A stretch of DNA of 64,000 bases. Origin: Blepharisma stoltei ATCC 30299. Taxonomy: Eukaryota > Protista > Ciliophora. The DNA is taken from NCBI GenBank assembly GCA_965603825.1, contig CBFDEM010000011.1, positions 434,001-498,000 of the forward strand, in the 5' to 3' direction. The notes below the pieces were generated by a model, which had not been told where the DNA came from, made no database searches, and worked only from the letters and a program-made list of their open reading frames with translations. Both the position numbers and the translations under genes were made by a program. This document shows positions 1 through 11,029 of this stretch, piece after piece (within the stretch, counting starts at the first letter, position 1; the number at the start of each line of letters is the position of its first letter).

Positions 1-1
1 T

Positions 2-169
2 CCTTGTCTCACATTTTGTATAGGAGCTGCCTTCAACAGAGGAAAAATCAGAAATAAATACCGAATTGAAGGAAATTTCGTGACAGATTGCTTGATAGAA
101 TGGCTTTGCAGTTTATGTGCTGTTACTCAAGAATATAGAGAAGTTAACCGAAGAGAGGGAAAATCTTAA
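2..169 (+). CDS. 3' end of a PLAC8-family (Cys-rich) protein, truncated by the window edge
   Basis: Frame 2 reads PCLTFCIGAAFNRGKIRNKYRIEGNFVTDCLIEWLCSLCAVTQEYREVNRREGKS*, matching the PLAC8 pattern R.KIR.KY.I.G....DC.....C..CA..QEYRE. TAA at 167-169. Confidence 0.8.
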   Translation, partial: PCLTFCIGAAFNRGKIRNKYRIEGNFVTDCLIEWLCSLCAVTQEYREVNRREGKS

Positions 170-279
170 ATTAATAGGAAAATTTTATTCAGAATTGTTT
201 ATTTTCCTATCTTAATATAAATTTTAGCTTTATTAATGATTTATTCTATTTTTAATGAAATGTACTTATCTTAACTACC

Positions 280-1740
280 TTAGTCCATACTTTTCAAATC
301 AGAAGCAACGAGGAAAGAGCAGCTAGTATTGGCCACCACAGCTTCAACAGTAACGCCTCTTGCAATTTCTGTAAGTGTCATTCCTCCTTCCCTCTTAAAC
401 TCAAAAACCCCCAGATCTGTAATAAGAGTATCCACAACTCCTCTTCCCGAAATAGGATAATTCCTGCACTCTTCTACAATCTTGGGCTTCCCTTTTCTTG
501 TGTGAGGGGTTAAACAGACAATTCTTGATTTTCTGCTAGAAACTAAGTCCATAGTGACTCCTATGCCTTTGCCTTCACCATGGACACCCCAATTCGCAAG
601 GTCTCCATTTTTGGAGACCTCAAAAGCTCCAACCATAATTAAATCCATATGGCCACCTCTTAGAATATTCAATGAATCAAACGATGAAACAATTGAAGCT
701 CCAGCTGCCAAACGGATCGTTGCTCTGCCAGTGTTAATCAAGTCTGGGTCTGTTTTGCCCTCTTCAGCATATCCAGCAACACCTACAACCCCTGGGGTTG
801 AATGAATCCTTATTTTGCTTTTGTCTGGGACTGACCGAAAAACGAGCTGTGGTAATCCTAATGCGAAATGTATATACATGCCTTCTTTGATTTCTTTTAA
901 AGCTCTGTTAATGATTTTCAGCTTATCTGGGTTATCAATTCTTGATAATTTTTCTTCTTCTACTAAGTGCTCTATAGGTTTTTCATATTTTTCGCCTTTT
1001 ATAAGTCTTTTTACAAATACTGATGGAGTCACTATAAAATCTGGGTCGAGTTCTCCTTCTTCGACAATCTCCTCGACCTCTGCAATTGTCACCTTAGCAC
1101 ACATAGCCATCTCAGGATTAAAATTTCTTGCAGTCCTTCTATAAACCAAATTCCCCTGCTTATCTGCTTTCCAAGCCTTTACAAAGGAATATTGCGTTCT
1201 TACAGACTCCTCAAACAAATGTTCAGCCCCACAGAAAATTCTTTTTTCTCTTGGGCTTGAAAAAATTTCCACTCGTTTCCCACCAGGGAAATATTTGATA
1301 GGAAATCCACCATCTTCAAAATCAGTCCCGACTCCAGTTTTTGTGTAAAAGCCAGGGATTCCAGCCCCGCCTGCCCTTATTTTGTCAGCTAAAGTGCCTT
1401 CTGGGATCACATTAAGCTCAATATGTCCATCAAGCCATTCCTTATAGACTAATGAAGAATTCGAAAGATAAGTGGTCGTTAAGCGTTTTATTTGTTGCGC
1501 CTTTATTAATGGATCAAGGCCGTGATTTGGGTATCCAGAGCTCATTGAATATACATGAAGATTATATGAGTTTAATTCATACAGAGCCCTCAATAAATTC
1601 TCAGGAACTCCACAGGTCCCATATCCACCTACTGCTATGGTTGATCCAGGCCTTATATCTTCAATAGCATCTTGTACAGACTCAAATATCCTGCACCCAA
1701 AGGAGCGCTTCAAAGTTTTGGTGAGTCGAAACATTAGCAT
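280..1740 (-). CDS. Succinyl-CoA:3-oxoacid CoA-transferase (SCOT/OXCT)-like protein, copy 1; catalytic Glu absent
   Basis: Motifs GGYGTCGVPENLL, GTLADKIRAGGAGIPGFYT, KAWKADKQGNL, ARNFN, RGGHMDL and NGDLANW. Basic N-terminus resembles a mitochondrial presequence. The catalytic SENG motif reads STPG. Confidence 0.9.
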   Translation of the reverse strand: MLMFRLTKTLKRSFGCRIFESVQDAIEDIRPGSTIAVGGYGTCGVPENLLRALYELNSYNLHVYSMSSGYPNHGLDPLIKAQQIKRLTTTYLSNSSLVYKEWLDGHIELNVIPEGTLADKIRAGGAGIPGFYTKTGVGTDFEDGGFPIKYFPGGKRVEIFSSPREKRIFCGAEHLFEESVRTQYSFVKAWKADKQGNLVYRRTARNFNPEMAMCAKVTIAEVEEIVEEGELDPDFIVTPSVFVKRLIKGEKYEKPIEHLVEEEKLSRIDNPDKLKIINRALKEIKEGMYIHFALGLPQLVFRSVPDKSKIRIHSTPGVVGVAGYAEEGKTDPDLINTGRATIRLAAGASIVSSFDSLNILRGGHMDLIMVGAFEVSKNGDLANWGVHGEGKGIGVTMDLVSSRKSRIVCLTPHTRKGKPKIVEECRNYPISGRGVVDTLITDLGVFEFKREGGMTLTEIARGVTVEAVVANTSCSFLVASDLKSMD

Positions 1741-1874
1741 ATTATTAACAACTTACAGCCACGATTTATGATATAATACTAAATTGATTTTTTATGAATC
1801 TTATTATATAAAAATTACCTCTAAAAATTACTTTTTATTAATTCTTAGATTTTTTCAATGATTTAAATAAGAAA

Positions 1875-3329
1875 TTAATCCATCTTCTTTAAATCTGAGG
1901 CGACAAGGAATGAAGTGCCTGTATTTGCTTGGACAGAGTCTACAGAGACACCTCTAGCGATTTCGGTCAAGGTCATCCCTCCTTCTCTTTTGAATTCAAA
2001 GACTCCTAATTCTGTAATCAGGGTGTCAACAACCCCTCTTCCAGTCAAGCCATCCAAGTTGCACTCTTCTACAATCTTAGGTTTCCCGTTCCTTGTATGA
2101 ATCATAGTGCAGACAAGCTTGGACTTTCTGCTTGAAACAAGGTCCATGGCTGCTCCGATGCCTTTTTCATGTTCGCCTTCAACGTTCCAGCTTGCGATGT
2201 CACCATTTCGTGATATTTCGTAAGCGCCCATCATAATTAAATCTAAATGTCCGCCCCTCATTATATTCATTGAGTCGCATGACGATACAATTGCAGAGCC
2301 TGGCATAAGCTTAATATGCTCTCTTAGAGCGTTGATCAAATCTGGGTCTTCTTGTCCTTTTTCTGCAGGTCCTCCAACACCTAATGCACCAGGGATTGTA
2401 AGGATTTTTACTTTCGATTTGTCTGGGATCAATTTAGAGACAATGCTAATAGGGATTCCGAATCCAAGGTGGAGATACATCCCCTCTTTAATTTCTTTTA
2501 AGGCTCTTTTCGCGATTTTCAGCCTGTCTGGGTCAACTCTATCATCAGTGCCTTCATCTTCTTCTACAACTTCAGTGGGTTTTTCATATTTTTCACCTTT
2601 GATAAGTCTATTGACAAAAATCGAAGGGGTAATTATATGATCTGGGTCAAGCTCTCCTACCTCCACAATTTCTTCAACTTCCACTATTGAGACCTTTGCA
2701 CAAGTCGCCATTTCTGGGTTGAAATTTCTGGCTGTTTTATTAAAAATCAAGTTTCCTTGTTTATCAGCTTTATAGGCCTTAATGAGCGAAAATTGAGTCC
2801 TGATAGATTCCTCAAATAAATTTTCGACGCCTTCAAAACTTCTTTTTTCCTTTGGGCCTGATAGGATTTCTACTCTTCGGCCACCAGTCATGTATTTTAT
2901 TGGGAATCCTCCTTCTTCGAATTTAGTTCCTACCCCTGTTTGGGTGTAAAACCCTGGGATACCTGCACCTCCAGCTCTAATTTTGTCAGCTAAGGTGCCG
3001 CCAGGGATGATGTCGAGCTCAATGTTTCCATTTTTCCATTCTTTGTAAGCCAAAGAGCCTGGCTCAAGGTAAGTTGTAGTTAAGCGTTTTATCTGACGAG
3101 CTTGAAGAAGAAGGTCAAGTCCGAAGTCCTTATGCCCAGAACTCATAGAATAGATGCCGAGGTCCCATGAGCCTAAATGATTAAGAGCTCTTAAGAGATT
3201 TTCAGGTACTCCGCATGAGCGATATCCTCCAACAGCTATCGTTGACCCTGGAGTTATATCTGCAATAGCATCTTGTGGGTTGTCGAAGATTTTACAATAC
3301 TGTCGCAATAGTCTACGCCCGCTGAACAT
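1875..3329 (-). CDS. SCOT/OXCT-like protein, copy 2 (tandem paralog); catalytic Glu absent
   Basis: Same motifs as copy 1 and collinear over its full length. The SENG motif reads TIPG. Confidence 0.9.
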   Translation of the reverse strand: MFSGRRLLRQYCKIFDNPQDAIADITPGSTIAVGGYRSCGVPENLLRALNHLGSWDLGIYSMSSGHKDFGLDLLLQARQIKRLTTTYLEPGSLAYKEWKNGNIELDIIPGGTLADKIRAGGAGIPGFYTQTGVGTKFEEGGFPIKYMTGGRRVEILSGPKEKRSFEGVENLFEESIRTQFSLIKAYKADKQGNLIFNKTARNFNPEMATCAKVSIVEVEEIVEVGELDPDHIITPSIFVNRLIKGEKYEKPTEVVEEDEGTDDRVDPDRLKIAKRALKEIKEGMYLHLGFGIPISIVSKLIPDKSKVKILTIPGALGVGGPAEKGQEDPDLINALREHIKLMPGSAIVSSCDSMNIMRGGHLDLIMMGAYEISRNGDIASWNVEGEHEKGIGAAMDLVSSRKSKLVCTMIHTRNGKPKIVEECNLDGLTGRGVVDTLITELGVFEFKREGGMTLTEIARGVSVDSVQANTGTSFLVASDLKKMD

Positions 3330-3919
3330 TTTCTTTTATTTCAGCCATCTGTATCAGTGAAATTGTTAAAATCAGCCTCAATAAAGGCTGAAGATTTTAT
3401 GTGAAGGAATTTATAAGAATTATCAGTGTTTTTACTTGGGAAAGGGTTATAGGGGTTTTTATGATTTTTGGGTTCATTAGAAATTGATTGGTATATACTT
3501 AAGGGATTTGATGCAGATTTACGTGTAATTAAATTATTGGAGATTACTACGCAGTTGTGGGATAATTTTTAGCTGGATTTTTGAAAACAAGAAGTTTGAC
3601 TTATAGGATAATTAAATGGCCATTTATTGGTTTATAGAAGATTGATCAGTAATTAAGATTTTTGGATCTAAAAACTTCTATTAAGTCAAGATTTAGATAA
3701 AATAAGCCAAAATTTTTCCTAGTTTAATGTTTTGGCCCAAAAATATTAATTTTGAGTATTATTCATTTCTTATAAAATTCCCAGATTATTATTTCAAAAA
3801 TTGTGATTTAATGGATTTCCTATTAAATTTTCAATAAAAAAGACTCCCTCATCAAAATTTTCTCTCAACTATTTAAATAATTCAAATTACATTATTATTA
3901 GCTATTAATTAATTCCATA

Positions 3920-5359
3920 ATGGCAGCGCAAACTCTTGACGAAAGGATCAATTCTCTTTCAAGCCTAGTCGACGAGCTCTCTCAAGACCAAGAAAAATAC
4001 GAGCCTTTAGTCACCCTTGTGGACAGTGTGCCGAATCTTCTAAAACTCGACCAAATCTTAAGCTCTTTTAAAAAGAAATCACGCGACCTCAAAGAACAAC
4101 TTAAAGCTAACAAAGCGCTCATAAAAGCTACCAAGGACAACTTAAATACTTATGAAGACCGAGCAAAACGCGAACTAGAAATGGCTACTATCAAGCGTGA
4201 CAAAGAAAACAGGATTCTTGGGACCAGGCTTGGAAACGTCGAAAATTCCTTTAAACAGCTGAGCATTGATAACCAAGTTGTGCTGAAAACCTTAGAAATC
4301 CAAATAAAAGAAGAAGTCTGTGGGGTTGTGCAGCATGTAGAAGACGAGCTTACTGAGCAGCAAAAAGATTTTAAAGCAAAGCTAGCAACCAATCAAGAAG
4401 AAATCAAAAAATATAAGGCAAGGCTACTAGAGACGTCAAAAAAAGCTGCTGAAGAGCTGAAACAGTATGAAGAAGTCCATGGGGCAAGGATACAGAAAAT
4501 GCAAAAAGAAGGCAAAGGAAATGACCCGAACCAGGCAAAAGGGAGAGAAAATATGAAAAATTGGCTGGTCCAAGAGGTGACCACAAGGCTAGAAAACGCA
4601 GTCCAGCAGTGTCATATAAAATATGAGCAGCGCTTTAAAAGCTTGAATTTAAAATACAATGAAGAACTATTAAGCTTGAGGGCTGAAGTAGAACAAGTTA
4701 GAGACAGCATTTTAAATAAAGGAGTAAAGCCTGCAGAAAGGCCTGAAACCCAGCTAGAATTTAATAATGAAAATGCTAGGAGACTTATTAACCATGTTGC
4801 AGCATTTTCTGCATCGAGTTTGGACAATTTGTTAGAAATTGCTATGACTATTGCGGAAAATATTGAAGAAATTGGAAATTCTCAGTCAGAAGCAGAAGAA
4901 ATTTTGGCTTTTAAAGAAAATATCAAGGGGCTTAAAGAGAGCTTGGCAAACCTCGAAACAAGAATTGATGCTGACCTTTATAATATCCAAGAAAGCTTAA
5001 GAAAAGCAGGAATATCCGCTAAGGAGTTCGCAAAGCCTAATGAAAAAGTTAGAGAAGAAATTGCGAAAACCCAAAGACTTATGAAGGAAGGCGATTTAAA
5101 TAAAGCAAATATAAAAAATAAAGTCGGAAAAGTAGGTGAAGAAATCTCAGAAATTGAGAAAAGGATGTTCACATTAGCTAGACAAAAAGGATTGAGCATT
5201 AGAGAAGAAGAAAGTCCGCCTGCAGCAGTCCAACCTCAGAATAAGCAAAATAAAAATGAAGAGGAAGAAGATAGCGTAGACATGGGAAGCAGTGATGAAG
5301 AATCTTCAGTAAAAATAAGCTCAAGCGAAGACATTTCCTCAGAAGAAGACCTAGATTAA
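3920..5359 (+). CDS. Coiled-coil protein with acidic Ser/Glu/Asp tail, unknown function
   Basis: 479-aa open frame, ATG in AT-rich context, E/K/L/Q-rich heptad-like composition, TAA stop. Confidence 0.8.
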   Translation: MAAQTLDERINSLSSLVDELSQDQEKYEPLVTLVDSVPNLLKLDQILSSFKKKSRDLKEQLKANKALIKATKDNLNTYEDRAKRELEMATIKRDKENRILGTRLGNVENSFKQLSIDNQVVLKTLEIQIKEEVCGVVQHVEDELTEQQKDFKAKLATNQEEIKKYKARLLETSKKAAEELKQYEEVHGARIQKMQKEGKGNDPNQAKGRENMKNWLVQEVTTRLENAVQQCHIKYEQRFKSLNLKYNEELLSLRAEVEQVRDSILNKGVKPAERPETQLEFNNENARRLINHVAAFSASSLDNLLEIAMTIAENIEEIGNSQSEAEEILAFKENIKGLKESLANLETRIDADLYNIQESLRKAGISAKEFAKPNEKVREEIAKTQRLMKEGDLNKANIKNKVGKVGEEISEIEKRMFTLARQKGLSIREEESPPAAVQPQNKQNKNEEEEDSVDMGSSDEESSVKISSSEDISSEEDLD

Positions 5360-5673
5360 GTTAATAATTACTCTATTTAAGAGGCTTTATTTATTTCGGG
5401 ATCTTTATTTACAATAAAACTACTAAACCATTTGTATAATGCAAATTTACTTTATGATATAGTTCATAGTTTAATTTAACAAATTAATTTACTTCTGAGT
5501 TCAATAATAGAAATGTCTATACAAAATGCTTTCTGCAATTATTTTAACAAAATCATTACCAAAATCATTACCAAAATCTTATTTATATAATCTTTATCCT
5601 AATAATCCTTTTTAAAGCATTACCCCATTATATTCTATTAACAAAACGGCCAACAATTTTATAGTAAAATAAA

Positions 5674-6174
5674 ATGGAAGAAAATATTACTTCTGAAGCC
5701 CAGTTAGAATTTAATAATGAAAACGCTAAGAGACTTATTTATCAAGTAGCAGAATTTTCTGCGTCTAGCTTAGACAATTTATTAGAAATCGCTAAGACTA
5801 CAGCGGAAAATATTGAAGAAACTGGAAATTCTCAGCAAGAAGCAGGAGAAATATTGGCTTTTAAACAGAAGATCAAAGGGCTGGAAGAGAATTTGGCAGA
5901 CCTTAAAATGAGAATAAAAGCTGACCTTTATAGCATCCAAGACAGCTTAAAGAAAGCAGAGATATCTGCTAATGAGATTGCTGAACCTAATGAAAAAGCT
6001 GATGAAGAAATTGAGAAACTCCAAAAACTTATAATATTAGGCAATATAAACAAAACAAAAATAAAAAATAAAATCTGGCAAGTAGGTGAAGAAATTTCAG
6101 GTATTGAGAAAAAGATGTTCACGTTAGCAAGACAAAAAGGATTGAGCATTACAGAAGAAGAAAACATAGATTAA
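5674..6174 (+). CDS. Chimeric partial duplicate: start of the 6345 gene joined to the C-terminal half of the 3920 gene
   Basis: QLEFNNENAKRLI...FTLARQKGLSI matches the 3920 ORF. The 5' end (agtaaaataaaATGGAAGAAAATATTA) matches the start of the 6345 gene. Confidence 0.7.
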   Translation: MEENITSEAQLEFNNENAKRLIYQVAEFSASSLDNLLEIAKTTAENIEETGNSQQEAGEILAFKQKIKGLEENLADLKMRIKADLYSIQDSLKKAEISANEIAEPNEKADEEIEKLQKLIILGNINKTKIKNKIWQVGEEISGIEKKMFTLARQKGLSITEEENID

Positions 6175-6344
6175 TTGAATAATTATTCTCTTTAAATGTT
6201 TTTATTTATTTATGGGTTTTAATAAGGTACCTGCAGTAAAAACTAGGTAAAATTATATTAAATAATGAATTATTATAATGTCTTTAAACTTAAAAATCAA
6301 ATATTCAACTTCCAAAGCTGCCGGAAATTTTAAAGTAAAATAAA

Positions 6345-7610
6345 ATGGAAGAAAATATTATTCCTGAAAGCCAGAATATCATTGCTGCACAAAATGGCCC
6401 AAAGATAGAAACCACAAACAACAACGCTTGAAAAGACGAGAAACGCTGTGCAGTCTGCAATAGCAAATTTAATAGAGTAGGAATTCCAATGCAAAAAAAT
6501 TGCTGCTCGTTTTGCTTTAGGGCTGTATGCTCGAAATGCTCTGAAAATCATATAAAAGATCAGGCAACAAATGAAAAGAAAAAAATATGTGACAGGTGCT
6601 TTGACAGCAAAATGGAAAGCGTAGATGCGAACTATTTGACACAAGAAGTACAGACAAAATCTCTTATTTTGGGAAATAATGAAAAACAGCTGCATGAAGG
6701 GGCAAAAATGCTAATGCAAGAAAAACATCATAGAGAAGAAGCTGAAAAAAAGGCAGCTGAATGGGAAAGGAAAATAATTGAACAAGAAGAAGATGAAATT
6801 TTACTTAGAAAGCAGCTTGAGGAAATAAAATCTAAAATCGCAGAGGTAAAATCTCTAAAAAAGCAAAACAAATCAGAGGTAAATGATTTAAAATCAAAAA
6901 TAAAAGAAAAAGTTGAAACAAGAGAGCAATTAGAACAAAAAATTACAGAACAAAACGAAGAAATCAGCAACACACAAAAAAATATTGAAGAAACTAAACA
7001 AGCTATTAGTAATAAAGAAGAGTCCATAACAAATCTTAAAAAAGAACTGGAAAATAAAGAAGAGTTCGCAAAAGAAGCAGAAAAAATCAAACAAGCCAAA
7101 GGCGAAGAAGTAAAAGCCCTTAAAAAACAAAACCAAGAAAAAGCTATAGAAATTCTAAAAGCAAAAGAGATGGTCGATTTTCAAATTTCTGACATAAAAA
7201 AACTTAAAGAAAATCTATCAGTTCTTAATAATAATGGAGAAAAGCTAGAAGAATCCTTAAAAGAGCAAAACCACATCGTCAATGAATTAACCGCAACTAT
7301 TCAAGAGCTTAATTTAAGAGGCAAAAAAGCTCAGGAGTTATTGGAAAAAAGAAAAGCAAAGAAAAAAGAATTAAAATCAAAAATCCAGGAACTGAAAACT
7401 TCTGAGGAAATAAAAATTGAAGAAAATAAAAAATCAGAACTTGATGCACAAAAAATAATGGAAGATATAGCGAAAAATAGAAAAGAAATAGAAATAAAGC
7501 AAAAAGAAATATTAGAAATTAGAGAAATTATGAGACAAAATGAGCTTGCTAAAAAATCAAGTCAGGAGCCTTTAGAAAATAACCCTTGCAGCAATTGTTC
7601 AGTATTTTAA
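6345..7610 (+). CDS. FYVE-like zinc-finger plus coiled-coil protein with C-terminal CaaX-like motif
   Basis: ATG at 6345. TGA at 6429-6431 read as Trp gives AWKDEKRCAVCNSKF...CCSFCFRAVCSKCS...ICDRCF, which has FYVE-like Cys spacing. In frame with ORF 6489-7610. Ends CSNCSVF. Confidence 0.75.
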
Positions 7611-7676
7611 TTTTATAATATTTTTATTTTCAAAATTGCTTATTAAATTAATTTATAAATTTCATCATATAAATAA

Positions 7677-9437
7677 ATGTGTGGAATTTTTCTTATACTT
7701 TCAAGATTAATTTCTAACCTTCCGCCACACAAGCTACACAAAGCAATTACACTAGAAACTGAAAATGAATTAGCAAGAAGAGGCCCTGATTTTCAAGGAA
7801 AACTTGAAAAAGATGATATCAAGCTGTTATCAAGCGTTCTTCACTTACGAGGAAAATCATTAGTAGAGCAGCCACAGTCAAAAGATCATATATGATTTGC
7901 ATGGAATGGAGAAGTTTTTGGAGCAAATATTTATGGTAGCACAGATTATGATCTTAATGCAAATGATACTATACAAATTTTAGATAAATTGCTTACGAAT
8001 AACCCATTGCAAGTATTTTCTCAAATAGAAGGCCCATTTGCTTTTATCGTTATAGACTGAATTGAAGAAGCTATATGATTTGGTAGAGACTTCCTAGGAA
8101 GAAGAAGCCTTATGATATACCAAGAAAATAATGTATTACAAATAGGCTCTATAGGGTTAGGTGAAGAGGTCCCAACTGGAGGAATTTTTAAAATTTCATT
8201 AAGGGAAAGCCGTTGTGAGCATATAGCTTGGCTTTATCCTGGATTAAATTCACCAAGCTCTTTAAGGTTTTCTAATGAAGAAAATTTCGATGAAAAAATT
8301 TCAAATGAAACTTTTGAAAGTATTTTATCAAAAAGTGTCCAAAAAAGAGTCATAGGATACGGAGACATCGGAATTTTATTTTCTGGCGGAATTGATTCAA
8401 CAATTATCGCAGCACTCGCCAATCGTTTTCTTCCTGAAAATTCCCCAATCTATCTTCTAAATGTCGCTTTTACAAGTGAAGCTCCAGACAGAGAAACTGC
8501 TTTACAAAGTTACCATGAGCTTCAATCAGCCTGCCCAAGTCGAAATTTTTTACTTATCTGCATCAATGCTTCCCAATCAGATATAGACGCCGCTCGAGAC
8601 CATATAATCCAACTGTTAGCTACAAATGATACAAGGATGGATTTCAGTATAGGCACAGCTCTTTATTTTGCTAGTAAAGGTGAAGGGATTTTAGAATCCA
8701 CAGGCGAATTTATTAATTTCCCAGGAAAAATTTTATTAAGTGGCTCAGGGGCTGACGAAATTTTGGGAGGCTACTCACGCTATAGGAGCAATTTTTTGCA
8801 ATATTTAGAAGAAGGAGTCATTAGAGAAATGAGCTTAGATTTAGATAGAATTTGGCATAGGAATTTAGGAAGAGATGATAGAGTTACTGCTACGCATGGA
8901 AGAGAACTGAGATTTCCGTTTCTTGATACTTATTTGTGGAGGTTTCTATCTAAATTGCCGTTGAAAGAAGTGTGTAGATTTGATGTGCCGCATATGGATA
9001 AGTGGATATTAAGGGAATTAGCAAAAAATATTGGAATTCCTAATGCTGGGGTTTTGAAAAAAAGAGCTATACAGTTTGGGACGAGGATTGCACAACTTTG
9101 TAATATAGCAGAGTGTGGGTCAAATAGAAAAGCAAAAGGATGGATTGGGATCGAAAATGATAGGCAAAGTCAATTGGAAAGTGAAGTTGAATGGGCAAGT
9201 TTAAGGCTTATTTTGAAATATTTAGAAAATAGTACTGAAGATTTAGAAAGAAGTATCAAAAAGCTGTTAAGCCCAGATATTAAAAGTAAAGAAAAACGAC
9301 ACATTATGAGAGTATATCTTGGAGATTATATACAAATTATGAAAGAAATTTCAATTGAAAGTACAGTTTTTCAAATTAGAAATTATGATATAGCAAATCT
9401 TCCAAATTTTGGTGTTAATTTGGAAAAATATAATTAG
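7677..9437 (+). CDS. ASNSD1: Asparagine synthetase domain-containing protein 1-like, with C-terminal UPF0488-like extension
   Basis: N-terminal MCGI, RRGPD, SVLHLRG, WNGE, GRDFLGRRSL, LFSGGIDS, GSGADEILGGY, RNLGRDDR and KKRAIQFG. Three in-frame TGA (7893, 8058, 8076) join the track ORFs with no TAA/TAG between. Confidence 0.9.
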
Positions 9438-9586
9438 TTATAATACTTTTAAGCATTTCACTCTACCTCAATATACATAAATAATCATCTCAATAGCTAT
9501 TTCTCTTCTTTATAGAATTCTACATTTTTGCCATTATCACTTTATCATTATTATCATTTATAGAATTTCTCCCTATGTTTTAATTT

Positions 9587-11029
9587 TTAAGGACTCATTT
9601 TCTTTTCTTCTTCTCTCGCTTTTAAAGTTTGATATGATTGTTGAAGTACTAAAAGTGCATCATAAGCAGTTGGCCGGTTATTTCCATTAAGTTCCCAACA
9701 GTTTCTAATAAGATTTGCTAGCTCTGGATATTCTCCTTCAAACATTTTATCTATAGGTGGCCGGTTACCTTCATAGACAATTTGATAAATCATTTCTTCT
9801 TTTCCTATAGAAAATTTTTCCAATTTTGTCTGCCTCTTAGCCTTGATAAAATCGCATGGAGATTTTTTCAAAAATAGCCAATAAAGTGTCATCCCTAAAG
9901 ACCAAATATCAGATTTCTCTGTATACTGCTCTTTTTGCAATATTTCTGGCGCTGCATAATTTATAGTAAATCCATGAGACCTTTTATTAGTTTCCAGATT
10001 TCCTAAAGCTAGCCCAAAATCTCCAAGTTTGCAGCGCTTATTAGCACATACAAAAATATTATCAGGCTTTATGTCTAAATGGCTAATTCCTTTCGAGTGC
10101 ATAAAAGCTAACCCACATGTGGCATCAATAGCAAATTCTATTCTTTTTTCCATGCCTTCTTCATAGTTTTTAATATATGTTTTTAAGCTTCCTTCACTGC
10201 AATGCTCTAATACAAGACCTATCATATTTTGGTGTTCTACAATTCCAAAATATCTTATCACGTTTTCGTGATTAGATGCCATTAGAAATCTCGCTTCATT
10301 TATAAAGGCAAGATCTTCATTCCTAACTGTGCTCTTTTTATACAATTTAATAACAACTTTTTCTTCTTCTTCTTCTCCTCTTGGCGAACGATATTGAATA
10401 ATCGTATTTATTCCTTCTTCATGATAAAGAAAATTATTTGGCTCAATAATATTTCAATAAACTTTCCCGAAACCTCCTTGGCCGATTAGACGCCCGTTGT
10501 CCTTGAGATCATCGAACTTAAAAATATCAATCGGGAGTTTTTCATATGAATTGAGGGCATTTTTTGATAGAACTTTTTTAGGATTCTGGGAAATCATAAA
10601 TTCAGTTAGCCAGTTCTCGACACTAATCTCGTATTCATCCCGAGATATTTGAGGATTTATAATAATCCGCTGATCTAGCAAATTATATGGAATCATTATG
10701 CAAAAATCAAAGTTTCGTTGGTAGATTTTACAAACAAGATGATCCTTAGGGAAATACTTAAATTGCACAGATAAATCAAAAATTCTCATAAACCGATTTA
10801 CAATGAAGTTTATTTCTTTCTCACCGATGAATCCCAACTCGTAAAAGTTTTCCAAGCTTGAAAAAAAGTCCTTTAAGTATTCTGTGTTTGTCACTTCAAA
10901 GAAACTTGATAAATCCATATCATTTCTTATAATTTTGTCTATGATTGCTGGAGCAGAGTTATCCTCTACATCCATCACAGTGTCTACTTCTGTTTGGGTG
11001 CTCATATCCATATCAGAATCATGACTCAT
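9587..11029 (-). CDS. Protein kinase (TKL-like) with N-terminal extension
   Basis: IGQGGFGKVY-W(TGA 10454-10456)...KVVIK, HLDIKPDN, DFG, APE, DIWSLG. The two track ORFs are in frame with no TAA/TAG between. Likely start MSHDS at 11029; the upstream ATG at 11086 is possible. Confidence 0.85.

Noticed and set aside
3372-3391. TCAGCCT-N6-AGGCTGA inverted repeat upstream of SCOT copy 2
   Set aside because: Only 7-bp arms and not seen upstream of copy 1; compatible with chance.
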